DNA from: a virus
Direction: 5' to 3' (one strand)
Virus genome (UHGV): UHGV-0181023
Length of the DNA stretch: 16,382 nucleotides
Shown: positions 6,906 to 14,422 of the stretch, piece by piece
How positions within the stretch are numbered: position 1 is the first letter of the stretch
How the letters are laid out: each line of letters starts with the position of its first letter
The notes under the pieces: generated by a model
What the model was told of the DNA's origin: nothing
The model's input: the letters and a program-made list of their open reading frames with translations, nothing else
The model's database searches: none
Made by a program: the position numbers and the translations under genes

Positions 6906-7595
6906 CTAACCAAATCTGTTTATATTGAATGGTACTGATGAGATCACTTTAGACTGGATATAAAGCAGAGCTAACCCCTCTTTTTCGATGCTCCATGGTT
7001 GATAATTGGGGTTATCAGATAACACCATGATTTTGCTTCCAATTTTTTGAAGTCTTTTCACGTAGCATTCTCCATCAAAACAAAATGCATAAATGCCATC
7101 GCCATCAAAATAAGTTACTGTCTTATCAAGAAAAAGAAGGTCGCCAGGTGAGATTGTGGGAGCCATACTGTCTCCTCTGGCGTTACCTATTTCTATATTT
7201 TTGAATGCCCGATTTCCAACAAGGCGTCGGGCATATTCAGGATCAAGTTCTATTGAGCGCACTACATCTATCAAGTCACCACGGACATGAGTTCCATCAC
7301 CGCAACTAAACTCAACATCAAGGACATTAAACACGACGCTATCTGTTCTTGTCTGGTGTTTCTCTTGCGAGGAAAAGGTTGGTGAGGAGTCTTCACCTAA
7401 GAACCAGGATTGTGGATAACCGCTAATCTCGGATAAATGCGCGAGCTTATCACTCCGTGGAAATGTTTTTCCTGTTGTCCAGTACTGCACTGATTGCGCA
7501 CTCACACCTAACTTGCGGGCCAGTTGAGCCTGAGTCCATCCTTTTGCTTTCAGCATCGCGGCTATTCGATTTTCCGTGTTTTTGACGTTCTTCAT
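6906..7595 (-). CDS. cI: CI-type prophage repressor (N-terminal HTH, C-terminal LexA-like S24 peptidase domain)
   Basis: HTH GWTQAQLARKLGVSAQSVQYW; peptidase motifs GDSMAPT (Ser) and YVKRLQ (Lys); ORF track lists a TTG at 7601, ATG at 7595 preferred; divergent from the cro-like gene. Confidence 0.9.
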   Translation of the reverse strand: MKNVKNTENRIAAMLKAKGWTQAQLARKLGVSAQSVQYWTTGKTFPRSDKLAHLSEISGYPQSWFLGEDSSPTFSSQEKHQTRTDSVVFNVLDVEFSCGDGTHVRGDLIDVVRSIELDPEYARRLVGNRAFKNIEIGNARGDSMAPTISPGDLLFLDKTVTYFDGDGIYAFCFDGECYVKRLQKIGSKIMVLSDNPNYQPWSIEKEGLALLYIQSKVISSVPFNINRFG

Positions 7596-7728
7596 GACCA
7601 AATCCTGTGGGTTTCTTTACAAGGATAAATCTTTACTTGATTTTAGTGTATTCGATCCTTTTGCAACTTGCATGTTAATTTAAACTTGATGTATTCTTGA
7701 TTTATAAAGTTAATGTTGGTGCTTTGTT
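7596..7728. promoter_or_regulatory. immunity-region operator/promoter intergenic region (PRM/PR analog) with three direct copies of an ACTTGAT-type motif
   Basis: 133-bp AT-rich spacer between divergent repressor and cro-like genes; motifs at 7635..7642 (ACTTGATT), 7684..7691 (ACTTGATG), 7695..7702 (TCTTGATT); candidate PR elements TTGATG (7687..7692) and TAATGT (7711..7716). Confidence 0.6.
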
Positions 7729-8001
7729 ATGAAAGGAAATGATTACGACAAACTTCGTGCATTAATTGCGCAAAATGCCATAGCGCGAAATCTTGGTGTG
7801 ACGCCGCAAGCGGTGAATCAGTGGTTTTCAAAAAACACAATTCCTGCTCGTTTCGTTTTACGCGTATGTGAAGTAGTTGCATGGAAGGTCACGCCACATG
7901 GCTTAAGGCCAGATCTTTATCCTCACCCTGAAGATGGAATTCCTGATTCGTTACGCAAAATTTCAAATCCAAGCTTAGCGCACACAGAGGACGAGAAGTG
8001 A
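7729..8001 (+). CDS. cro: Cro-like regulator of the YdaS/Cro-CI HTH family
   Basis: 90-aa ORF divergent from the repressor; motif LGVTPQAVNQW...LRPDLY resembles Rac YdaS-type Cro analogs. Confidence 0.8.
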   Translation: MKGNDYDKLRALIAQNAIARNLGVTPQAVNQWFSKNTIPARFVLRVCEVVAWKVTPHGLRPDLYPHPEDGIPDSLRKISNPSLAHTEDEK

Positions 8002-8041
8002 TGGTGGTGATATGAGCGAAAAAATAACTATTAAATACGAT

Positions 8042-8064
8042 GGGGCAACCATTTCGATTGCCCC
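8042..8064 (-). terminator. candidate hairpin downstream of the 8072..8365 gene (weak terminator candidate)
   Basis: Inverted repeat GGGGCAA...TTGCCCC with 9-nt loop; a T-rich tract follows on the minus strand but about 15 nt away, so not canonical. Confidence 0.25.
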
Positions 8065-8071
8065 AATCACA

Positions 8072-8365
8072 TTAGCGTTCGCTGAGAAGTTGTTGGTAAG
8101 CCTTAAAGGATGCGAACTGCATTCTACCTTCGGCATTGATTCCAATGCCTTCGCTTGTACACCAGGTGATGAACTCGGCTGTATCCGCTTCAACTTTAAT
8201 AACTCGTTGCCCGCTTCTTTCGACACGCTTAATCAATTTTTCAGCGTCGTGTTTCCACTCGGTGTAACTGTCGGAGAGCACATCAGCATCAGTAAAAATA
8301 TTTTTGAGCTCATGATACTGAATCGCATCGCGAAACCAGAATAAACCAACGGCCTGAACTTTCAT
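8072..8365 (-). CDS. hypothetical protein, 97 aa, encoded opposite to the early-right operon (moron-like)
   Basis: ATG at 8365 with AAGGAGG 6 nt upstream; protein-like charged composition; competes with the overlapping plus-strand ORF 8012..8344. Confidence 0.55.
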   Translation of the reverse strand: MKVQAVGLFWFRDAIQYHELKNIFTDADVLSDSYTEWKHDAEKLIKRVERSGQRVIKVEADTAEFITWCTSEGIGINAEGRMQFASFKAYQQLLSER

Positions 8366-8484
8366 GTCGAACCTCCTTTGGTTCTTTTGTTTATAGGGAT
8401 CAAAAGGATAACTGAAGGAAGGTTCGGCACCAATAAGTACGAATGTGCGGAATCTTAAAAGAATTTATCCGTAAGGAGATGGCA

Positions 8485-9192
8485 GTGAACACCGCAATTT
8501 TTAACGACAAAGCATCCATGACCAGCGTTGAGATCGCAGAGCTGGTGGGTAGTCAGCACTCAGATGTTAAACGTAGTATCGAACGCCTGGTTGCTAAAAA
8601 CATCATCCGGAAACCGCCAATGGCTGTTTCCGAGAAAATCAATAACTTAGGTTTTAAAGTTCAATATGAGCATTACCTGTTTGAAGGAGAACAAGGTAAG
8701 CGCGACAGCATCATTGTCGTCGCACAGCTCTGTCCTGAATTCACTGCTCGCCTGGTAGATCGCTGGCGCGAACTGGAAGAACAGATCCGTAAGCCAATGA
8801 GCGAAATCGAAATGGTTGCCGCGATGGCTCTTGAAGCAGTTCGTCAGCAGAAACGGATCACTCAGGTGGAAGAAAAAGTCAGCCACGTTGCTGAAACAGT
8901 CGAGCAAATTAAAAAGGGCACTATTCGTGAGGGCTATGCCGGATATCGCCAACTGAAAGCAAAAACCGGTTTGTCAGATGATAAATGCCGCAATCTGGTG
9001 AACGCCTATCAAATTCCTACAGACACACATGAGTTCATGACGCCGGACGGATTGTTGTCACGTCGCGCAATTGTTGCTGTGGAACCGTTTATGGCTGCTT
9101 TTTATCGGGTTATGGAGGAAGCAGAACCGCGAGGGACTCGCTGGTATCACCCGAAAATGGGGTTATTTCAGGTTATTGGTTGGCAGCGGTGA
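8485..9192 (+). CDS. Rha-family-like phage regulatory protein (N-terminal DNA-binding domain, unknown C-terminal domain); start uncertain (ATG 8443 or 8479, GTG 8485)
   Basis: ORF-track frame 8443..9192; AAGGAG at 8473..8478 abuts ATG 8479 (spacing too short) and is 6 nt before GTG 8485; motifs SVEIAELVGSQHSDVKRSIERL and EHYLFEGEQGKRDSIIVVAQL resemble the Rha N-terminal domain. Confidence 0.65.
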   Translation: MNTAIFNDKASMTSVEIAELVGSQHSDVKRSIERLVAKNIIRKPPMAVSEKINNLGFKVQYEHYLFEGEQGKRDSIIVVAQLCPEFTARLVDRWRELEEQIRKPMSEIEMVAAMALEAVRQQKRITQVEEKVSHVAETVEQIKKGTIREGYAGYRQLKAKTGLSDDKCRNLVNAYQIPTDTHEFMTPDGLLSRRAIVAVEPFMAAFYRVMEEAEPRGTRWYHPKMGLFQVIGWQR

Positions 9193-9215
9193 AAAAAAGC
9201 CGGGAGTAACCCGGC
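9192..9215 (-). terminator. terminator-like hairpin reading on the minus strand (GCCGGG-AGTAA-CCCGGC followed by T7)
   Basis: On the plus strand an A7 run precedes the hairpin with no T tail after it, so it functions as a terminator only for leftward transcription. Confidence 0.35.
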
Positions 9216-9414
9216 TCACTCAACATCAATAACGGGGAGCTGTTTCGCATAAAACGGCTCCGAAACATCCAAGAACAGTTCTAAAGATATCAGCAGCTAT
9301 ATGATCATTTCAAGACCAAATATTGATTCTGCAATTTCGGGACGTTACACTGTCTCTGCACCTTATAAAGCGGGTGCCGGGGGTCGCAGCCCGGAATTGT
9401 CAACGGCGATATAT

Positions 9415-9434
9415 GACGCGCCAGCGTCTTTTTT
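9415..9434 (+). terminator. terminator-like hairpin (GACGC-GCCA-GCGTC followed by T6) inside the spacer upstream of rha
   Basis: 5-bp GC stem, 4-nt loop, T6 run; within a frame that is open but looks non-coding. Confidence 0.3.
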
Positions 9435-9600
9435 ATCGTCCGCGCTCACGCACGCCAGAATTATGGTGGGCTGGGCAGGGGAGCCGAAAGGCTCGCCGGT
9501 CTCCGTTGACGCCGGTACTGCGAACCCTGTTCAGTCTGCCACCAGTGAGTTTCGCAGCTCCGGTGGTGGAAGTTTTCCACAGTCAACGGAGGCTGCCATC

Positions 9601-10152
9601 ATGGCTACGATCCCAACCCTCACTCAACCTGAAATTGCCATCGTTGATGGTCAGGCTGTTACTTCATCCCTGGCTGTTGCCAACTTCTTCTCCAAGCGTC
9701 ATGACGATGTACTGAAAAAGATCCGCACGCTTGAATGCTCCGCATCATTCACTGCCCGCAATTTTTCGGTGAGTGATTACACCGATTGCACAGGCCGCAA
9801 ACTACCTTGCTATCAAATCACCCGCGACGGTTTTGCGTTTCTTGCCATGGGCTTCACTGGTAAACGTGCTGCCCAGTTCAAAGAGGCATACATCAACGCC
9901 TTTAACCTGATGGAGAAGAGTTTATCAGGTGCCGATGCGTCTGATATGTCAGCTGTCGCACGAAACGCCAGAGGCGTATACCTGCATTTGCGTGAAATCC
10001 ATCAAATCTGGACAAGCCAGCTTTATCCAATGCTTAAGGCCGTTGAATCTCCGCTGGCTAGCAAACTGTACGACCGTGTTGGTGATGCTGTTTTTGGCGC
10101 TGCACTTGTTGATTCCAGGCTGAATGGTTCTGACAAGGAGGTTCGCCCATGA
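9601..10152 (+). CDS. rha: Rha family phage regulatory protein
   Basis: ORF-track frame 9301..10152; ATG at 9601 has GGAGG 8 nt upstream; product QPEIAIVDGQAVTSSLAVANFFSKRHDDVLKKIR...YQITRDGFAFLAMGFTGKRAAQFKEAYINAFN matches the Rha pattern; the 100 codons upstream are low-complexity G/S/A-rich. Confidence 0.8.
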   Translation: MATIPTLTQPEIAIVDGQAVTSSLAVANFFSKRHDDVLKKIRTLECSASFTARNFSVSDYTDCTGRKLPCYQITRDGFAFLAMGFTGKRAAQFKEAYINAFNLMEKSLSGADASDMSAVARNARGVYLHLREIHQIWTSQLYPMLKAVESPLASKLYDRVGDAVFGAALVDSRLNGSDKEVRP

Positions 10153-10343
10153 TTAGTTACGAAATCATCATCTCCACTACGGAATACAGAAACGATGTAT
10201 CAGTTCGCACGGATGTATCTGTCTGGCACCGTTGCTATAAATCCAGAAAAACAGCGGAACTGAAAGCGGCAGAGATGTGTGAAACCATCTCAATGAAAGG
10301 TAGCCCGGTTAAATACGTAACTACGGCGGAGGTGCGTCCATGA
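10149..10343 (+). CDS. hypothetical small protein, 64 aa
   Basis: ATGA overlap with the rha stop; AAGGAGG 7 nt upstream. Confidence 0.6.
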   Translation: MISYEIIISTTEYRNDVSVRTDVSVWHRCYKSRKTAELKAAEMCETISMKGSPVKYVTTAEVRP

Positions 10344-10564
10344 TCCGCCACATCGTTAATTCCCTGTATCACCGATACAACCGTTGCCCCCGTGTGGGGC
10401 AGTGGTTCGCCACCAGCAACGGTCACGTTCTGCGGGTTTGCCTGGTCAACGCTGAAAGCCAGAAAGTCGTGTGCGAACTACAGGGGCGTAGCTACACCAT
10501 CAGTTACCCTCTGGCGGTATTTCTGTCTGGAAAAATGTTTAAGCGTCTGGGAGGTGTGGCGTGA
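10340..10564 (+). CDS. hypothetical small protein, 74 aa
   Basis: ATGA overlap with upstream stop; GGAGGTG upstream. Confidence 0.6.
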   Translation: MIRHIVNSLYHRYNRCPRVGQWFATSNGHVLRVCLVNAESQKVVCELQGRSYTISYPLAVFLSGKMFKRLGGVA

Positions 10565-10860
10565 ACTGTTTTCAGTTTGTGTGCGGATGTGCTTTCGATA
10601 ACCCGATTCAGCGCCTGATTATGTTGCGTGTTTTGATGTCGGGTTCTTCAGACGGTGAAGGCGAGAGAGTTATTGATCATCAGGTGCTTGCTGATTTCTG
10701 CTGTTGTTCTAAGCAAGCGATATTCAGGGAAACCCTGGCACTGGAAAGAGCTGGTTATCTTCATATCCGAAAAATTGCAACGCTTACTATTGATGCAAAA
10801 GCCAGACTACAACCTGCGCGTGGCTACACAATTCTCATGCCGCGGAAGGAGGTTGTATGA
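10561..10860 (+). CDS. hypothetical protein, 99 aa, Cys-rich N-terminus and possible HTH; GTG start
   Basis: GTGA overlap with upstream stop; GGGAGGTG 4 nt upstream; stop overlaps the start of the replication initiator gene. Confidence 0.55.
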   Translation: MNCFQFVCGCAFDNPIQRLIMLRVLMSGSSDGEGERVIDHQVLADFCCCSKQAIFRETLALERAGYLHIRKIATLTIDAKARLQPARGYTILMPRKEVV

Positions 10861-11861
10861 GCCGTTACGCCCCCACACCGGAAGTTATGGCTATTGGTCA
10901 AATTAATATTTCCGGCAATGTTACACCTGCGAACTGGTGGAAATATATTCGACTACCCAGTGGGCGTCCGGATGCGACGGCTATCGCTCTGCTTTCAGAG
11001 ATCGTTTACTGGTACCGCCCGACAGAGGTCAGGGATGAGCACACCGGAGCGTTGCTGGGATATCGCAAGCGTTTTCAGGGCGACAAACTGCAAAGAAGCT
11101 ACCAGGCGTTTGCTGAGCAGTTTGGTTTCGGGAAAAGGGAAACCGCAGATGCGCTGAAGCGTCTGCGCGATGCAGGGTTTATTACTCTGGATTTACGCAC
11201 GGTGGAAATGCTCGATGGGGTGAAATGCAGCAATATTTTGTTTGTCGGGATCAACCCACAGGCAATTGCGGCCATCACCACACCTTCTTCTGTTTCGCCA
11301 GAAAGTAACAGCAATAATGCAATCAGCGATACAGCTATTACGTTAAAACGGAACACCCCCCGACGTCATAACGGAACAGGGGATACGCCGAATGTTGATA
11401 CAAATACAGAGATTACTACAGAGATTACTACAGAGATTACAACGGAGACTAAAAACACTATTGATGCATCCGCTGACGCGTCTGCGCCAGCGCGTTCTGC
11501 CCGACAGGAATATTCACCGGAATTTGAACAGGCCTGGCAGGAATATCCCAAACGTGCTGGTGGCAATTCCAAGTCAGCAGCCTTCAAAGCCTGGAAAGCC
11601 CGTATCAGGGAGGGAATAAAACCGGAGACCATGCTTGATGGCGTGAAGCGGTATGCCGCCTGGGTACGTGCTACAGGAAATACCGGCACACAGTTCGTGA
11701 AGCAGGCCGCGACGTTCTTTGGACCCGATCGTCACTTCGAAGATTACTGGCAACAGCCAGCCGCTCACGGAGGTGGGCGACAGCGACAGGTCGATGTCCT
11801 GGCTGGCCTGGGAGCCATGTCTGACAAATTCGGTAAATCCAGTAACAAATTGACATTCTGA
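10857..11861 (+). CDS. replication initiation / replisome organizer protein (lambda O-like architecture with iterons inside the linker-coding region)
   Basis: 334-aa ORF, ATG preceded by GGAAGGAGG; internal 12-bp tandem repeats encode TEITTEITTEITTETK; immediately followed by DnaC-like and DnaB-like genes. Confidence 0.8.
   Translation: MSRYAPTPEVMAIGQINISGNVTPANWWKYIRLPSGRPDATAIALLSEIVYWYRPTEVRDEHTGALLGYRKRFQGDKLQRSYQAFAEQFGFGKRETADALKRLRDAGFITLDLRTVEMLDGVKCSNILFVGINPQAIAAITTPSSVSPESNSNNAISDTAITLKRNTPRRHNGTGDTPNVDTNTEITTEITTEITTETKNTIDASADASAPARSARQEYSPEFEQAWQEYPKRAGGNSKSAAFKAWKARIREGIKPETMLDGVKRYAAWVRATGNTGTQFVKQAATFFGPDRHFEDYWQQPAAHGGGRQRQVDVLAGLGAMSDKFGKSSNKLTF
11406..11453. repeat. candidate replication-origin iterons: four tandem 12-bp units (ACAGAGATTACT x2, ACAGAGATTACA, degenerate ACGGAGACTAAA)
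   Basis: Read directly from sequence; two copies of AACGGAACA at 11347..11355 and 11370..11378 lie just upstream; location inside the initiator gene parallels ori-lambda inside O. Confidence 0.6.
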
Positions 11862-11871
11862 GGTGACAGCG

Positions 11872-12750
11872 ATGATGACGATTGACCAACGTGAGAAACA
11901 AACAAGACTACAGGCGCGAATGGATGAGTTACGGGCAGAGATTGCATTTGCTCAGAAGGGCGAAAAGCCATGGCCTTATCGTTCCTGCCTGATGCGTGAA
12001 GGTCACGGATATTGCGAAAAACACGGTAAATATCGTACGCATATACTGGTGTGGATCGATCGTAATGGCGAGGACAGAGAAAAAATTTCATGCTGCCCTG
12101 ACTGCTTGATCGCTGAGGCCAGTGATTTGACCATGGAACTGTCGTCCCTCAAGGCGGAAGAACTGACTGATAACGCCGGAATTGCTCTGCGTTTTCGGGA
12201 CTGCGAGTTTGATAATTATCTGGAGGTTAATCCTGACGCAGCCAGAAATCTTGCGGCCTGTCGCCGCTATGCGGAGAACTGGCCAGATATGCTGGAGAAC
12301 GGTACCAGTCTTGTTATGACCGGCAGTTGCGGTACCGGGAAAAATCATCTGGCGGTATCAATGGCAAAACACATCATCCGTAACTATCTGGCCAGTGTGG
12401 AGATCACCGACGTGATGCGCCTTACCCGGGCTGTGAAAAACTGCTGGCGGAATGACAGTGAAAAAACAGCGGATGACGTCATTGAGCATTATGCGTCACT
12501 GGATTTGCTGATTGTCGACGAAGTCGGCGTTCAGTTTGGCAGTGCGGCTGAAATGGCCATTTTGCAGGAAATTATCAATGCCCGGTATGAGGGTATTTTG
12601 CCAACTATCCTGATCAGCAACCTTTCACCGGAAGAATTGTGGGCGTTCATCAGTCCCCGGATTGCCGACAGGATCACCGATGGCGGGCGCAACTGGTTGT
12701 CGTTTAACTGGCCCAGCTACCGTTCTCGTATCGGAGGTGTTGCCGCATGA
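11872..12750 (+). CDS. dnaC: DnaC/IstB-like AAA+ helicase loader with a Cys-rich N-terminal extension
   Basis: Walker A GSCGTGKNHLAVSMA and Walker B LLIVDEVG; ORF-track start is GTG at 11863, ATG at 11872 preferred (GAGGTG 7 nt upstream); N-terminal cysteines C-x8-C...CC-x2-C; ATGA overlap with the helicase gene. Confidence 0.8.
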   Translation: MMTIDQREKQTRLQARMDELRAEIAFAQKGEKPWPYRSCLMREGHGYCEKHGKYRTHILVWIDRNGEDREKISCCPDCLIAEASDLTMELSSLKAEELTDNAGIALRFRDCEFDNYLEVNPDAARNLAACRRYAENWPDMLENGTSLVMTGSCGTGKNHLAVSMAKHIIRNYLASVEITDVMRLTRAVKNCWRNDSEKTADDVIEHYASLDLLIVDEVGVQFGSAAEMAILQEIINARYEGILPTILISNLSPEELWAFISPRIADRITDGGRNWLSFNWPSYRSRIGGVAA

Positions 12751-14147
12751 CCAGCCAGAACACCCCGGCATGGCGTAACGATGACCTGGAAGGCGCTGTC
12801 ATCGGTGCGTTTTTTCTGCGTGGGGCCGATCCGGAAGTGATGGATATTCTGGCCACACTTCCGGCGGATGTATTTTTTGTGCGTCAGTACCGGGATATTT
12901 ACGCGGGGATTTGCAGACAGGCTCGCATATCCGGCGTCATTGACCCCGTACTGCTGTGCAATGAGATGCCGGAACTTGCCCCGGTGATTACCGACACCGG
13001 ACGCAAAACCTGGGTGAAGTCTTCACTGGAGCACTATGTCGCAGCGTTGCGGCGCAATGCCGCACTGCGCGATGCAGAAAAAACACTGACTGAAGCATTA
13101 CAGAATTTACGTGATGCGTATACCTGTGAAGCAGCCGAGGGCGCCCTGAAGGATGCGCAGAACATGATGGCCTCACTGTCGACCGGAAAGGGCGTCATTC
13201 AGCCGGTTCACATTGATGATGTCCTTCCGGAAGTGGTCGACCGTGTTGAATGCCGCAATCAGGGACTGGAGAAATCCAGGGCGCTGATGACCGGTATTGA
13301 TGAACTGGACGCAAAAACGGGCGGTATGGAGCCCGGAGACCTGGTATTCATTGCCGCCCGTCCTTCGATGGGGAAAACCGAACTTGCGCTGGACATCATC
13401 GACAAGGTGACTGAGCAGGGGCATGGCGTGCTTCTGTTCACCATGGAGATGGCGAACATCCAGATTGGTGAACGTATGGTGTCTGCTGCCGGTGGAATGC
13501 CGGTATCCCGTCTTAAGTCTGTTGCCCGTTTTGAAGATGAAGACTGGGCGCGTTTCTCGCAGGGCGTGGGACGAATGACGGGGCGTAATATCTGGATGGT
13601 GGACCAGGCAAACCTGACCATTGATGAGATATGTGCAACCACGAAGCACCACCGGATGAAACACCCGGAAACGGCGCTGGTGGTGGTCGATTACCTCGGC
13701 CTGATTAAAACCCGCAGCACGGGGCGTCACGACCTTGCGGTGGGGGAAATCTCAAAGGGACTTAAAAGCCTGGCAAAATCCGGCGGTTTTCCGCTGATTG
13801 CTCTGAGCCAGCTCTCCCGCGGCGTGGAATCCAGACCCAATAAACGCCCAATGAACTCGGACCTGAAAAACTCCGGGGAAATCGAGGCGGATGCCGACAT
13901 CATTCTGATGCTTTACAGGGATGAGGTATACAACCCGGAAACTCAGGCCAGAGGCATAGCAGAAATCAACATCACGAAACAGCGTAATGGCACGCTCGGG
14001 ACCATTTACCGGCGTTTTCATAACGGACATTTTCTGCCTGTGGACCAGGAGAGTGCCCGGGTTCTTTCCACACCCATGACGCCGGGCAATCCGCGCAGAT
14101 ACAGCAATAACCGCATGTCGGGCAGTAAAACGGAGCGTTTATTTTGA
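12747..14147 (+). CDS. dnaB: DnaB-family replicative DNA helicase
   Basis: 466 aa; Walker A ARPSMGKTELAL; SGEIEADADIILMLYRDEVY resembles the DnaB motif SGxIEQDAD...YRDE; GGAGGTG upstream. Confidence 0.9.
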   Translation: MTSQNTPAWRNDDLEGAVIGAFFLRGADPEVMDILATLPADVFFVRQYRDIYAGICRQARISGVIDPVLLCNEMPELAPVITDTGRKTWVKSSLEHYVAALRRNAALRDAEKTLTEALQNLRDAYTCEAAEGALKDAQNMMASLSTGKGVIQPVHIDDVLPEVVDRVECRNQGLEKSRALMTGIDELDAKTGGMEPGDLVFIAARPSMGKTELALDIIDKVTEQGHGVLLFTMEMANIQIGERMVSAAGGMPVSRLKSVARFEDEDWARFSQGVGRMTGRNIWMVDQANLTIDEICATTKHHRMKHPETALVVVDYLGLIKTRSTGRHDLAVGEISKGLKSLAKSGGFPLIALSQLSRGVESRPNKRPMNSDLKNSGEIEADADIILMLYRDEVYNPETQARGIAEINITKQRNGTLGTIYRRFHNGHFLPVDQESARVLSTPMTPGNPRRYSNNRMSGSKTERLF

Positions 14148-14401
14148 ACAACAGAACAATCACTGTTTCACCGGAACAACTTCGTCGGCAGGCGCAGGAG
14201 ATGCTTCGTTGTGCTGAACAGGTGGAAAAAACGAGCGTGAAAAAAGATACGCTCCGCAAGCAGCTTACTCCGGCGCTTCGTGATCTGCTGCAGGCAAAAC
14301 ACCGCACACAAAAGGCGGTGGATGAGCTGGTGGATTGCGTGGCGGAACTGGAAGGACAGGTAAGCCAGTTTGAAATACTGGTGAAGGAGTTTACTGCGTG
14401 A
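14144..14401 (+). CDS. hypothetical protein, 85 aa, predicted coiled-coil; TTG start overlapping the helicase stop
   Basis: ORF track; TTGA overlap; ACGGAG 8 nt upstream; start is the least certain aspect. Confidence 0.5.
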   Translation: MNNRTITVSPEQLRRQAQEMLRCAEQVEKTSVKKDTLRKQLTPALRDLLQAKHRTQKAVDELVDCVAELEGQVSQFEILVKEFTA

Positions 14402-14422
14402 TGACTGAGTTTTTTTCTCTGT

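Noticed and set aside
8012-8344. 110-aa plus-strand ORF directly after cro
   Set aside because: Would fit operon polarity, but the overlapping minus-strand ORF has a much stronger RBS (AAGGAGG) and more protein-like composition; unresolved without expression data, so only the minus-strand gene is listed.
9301-9600. In-frame 100-codon extension of rha (and overlapping ORF 9323..9715)
   Set aside because: G/S/A-rich low-complexity translation, no SD at 9301, and terminator-like hairpins inside; the ATG at 9601 with GGAGG is the more plausible start.
10857-11861. Minus-strand and alternative-frame ORFs across the initiator gene (10894..11157, 11099..11356, 11366..11689, 11392..11619, 11574..11768, 11671..11901, 11765..12091)
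   Set aside because: Overlap a well-supported replication initiator ORF; composition is typical of non-coding frames.
12988-14307. Minus-strand ORFs inside the helicase gene (12988..13176, 13173..13730, 13259..13642, 13752..14030, 13972..14307)
   Set aside because: Antisense to a confidently identified DnaB-like gene; Arg/His/Ser-rich shadow frames.
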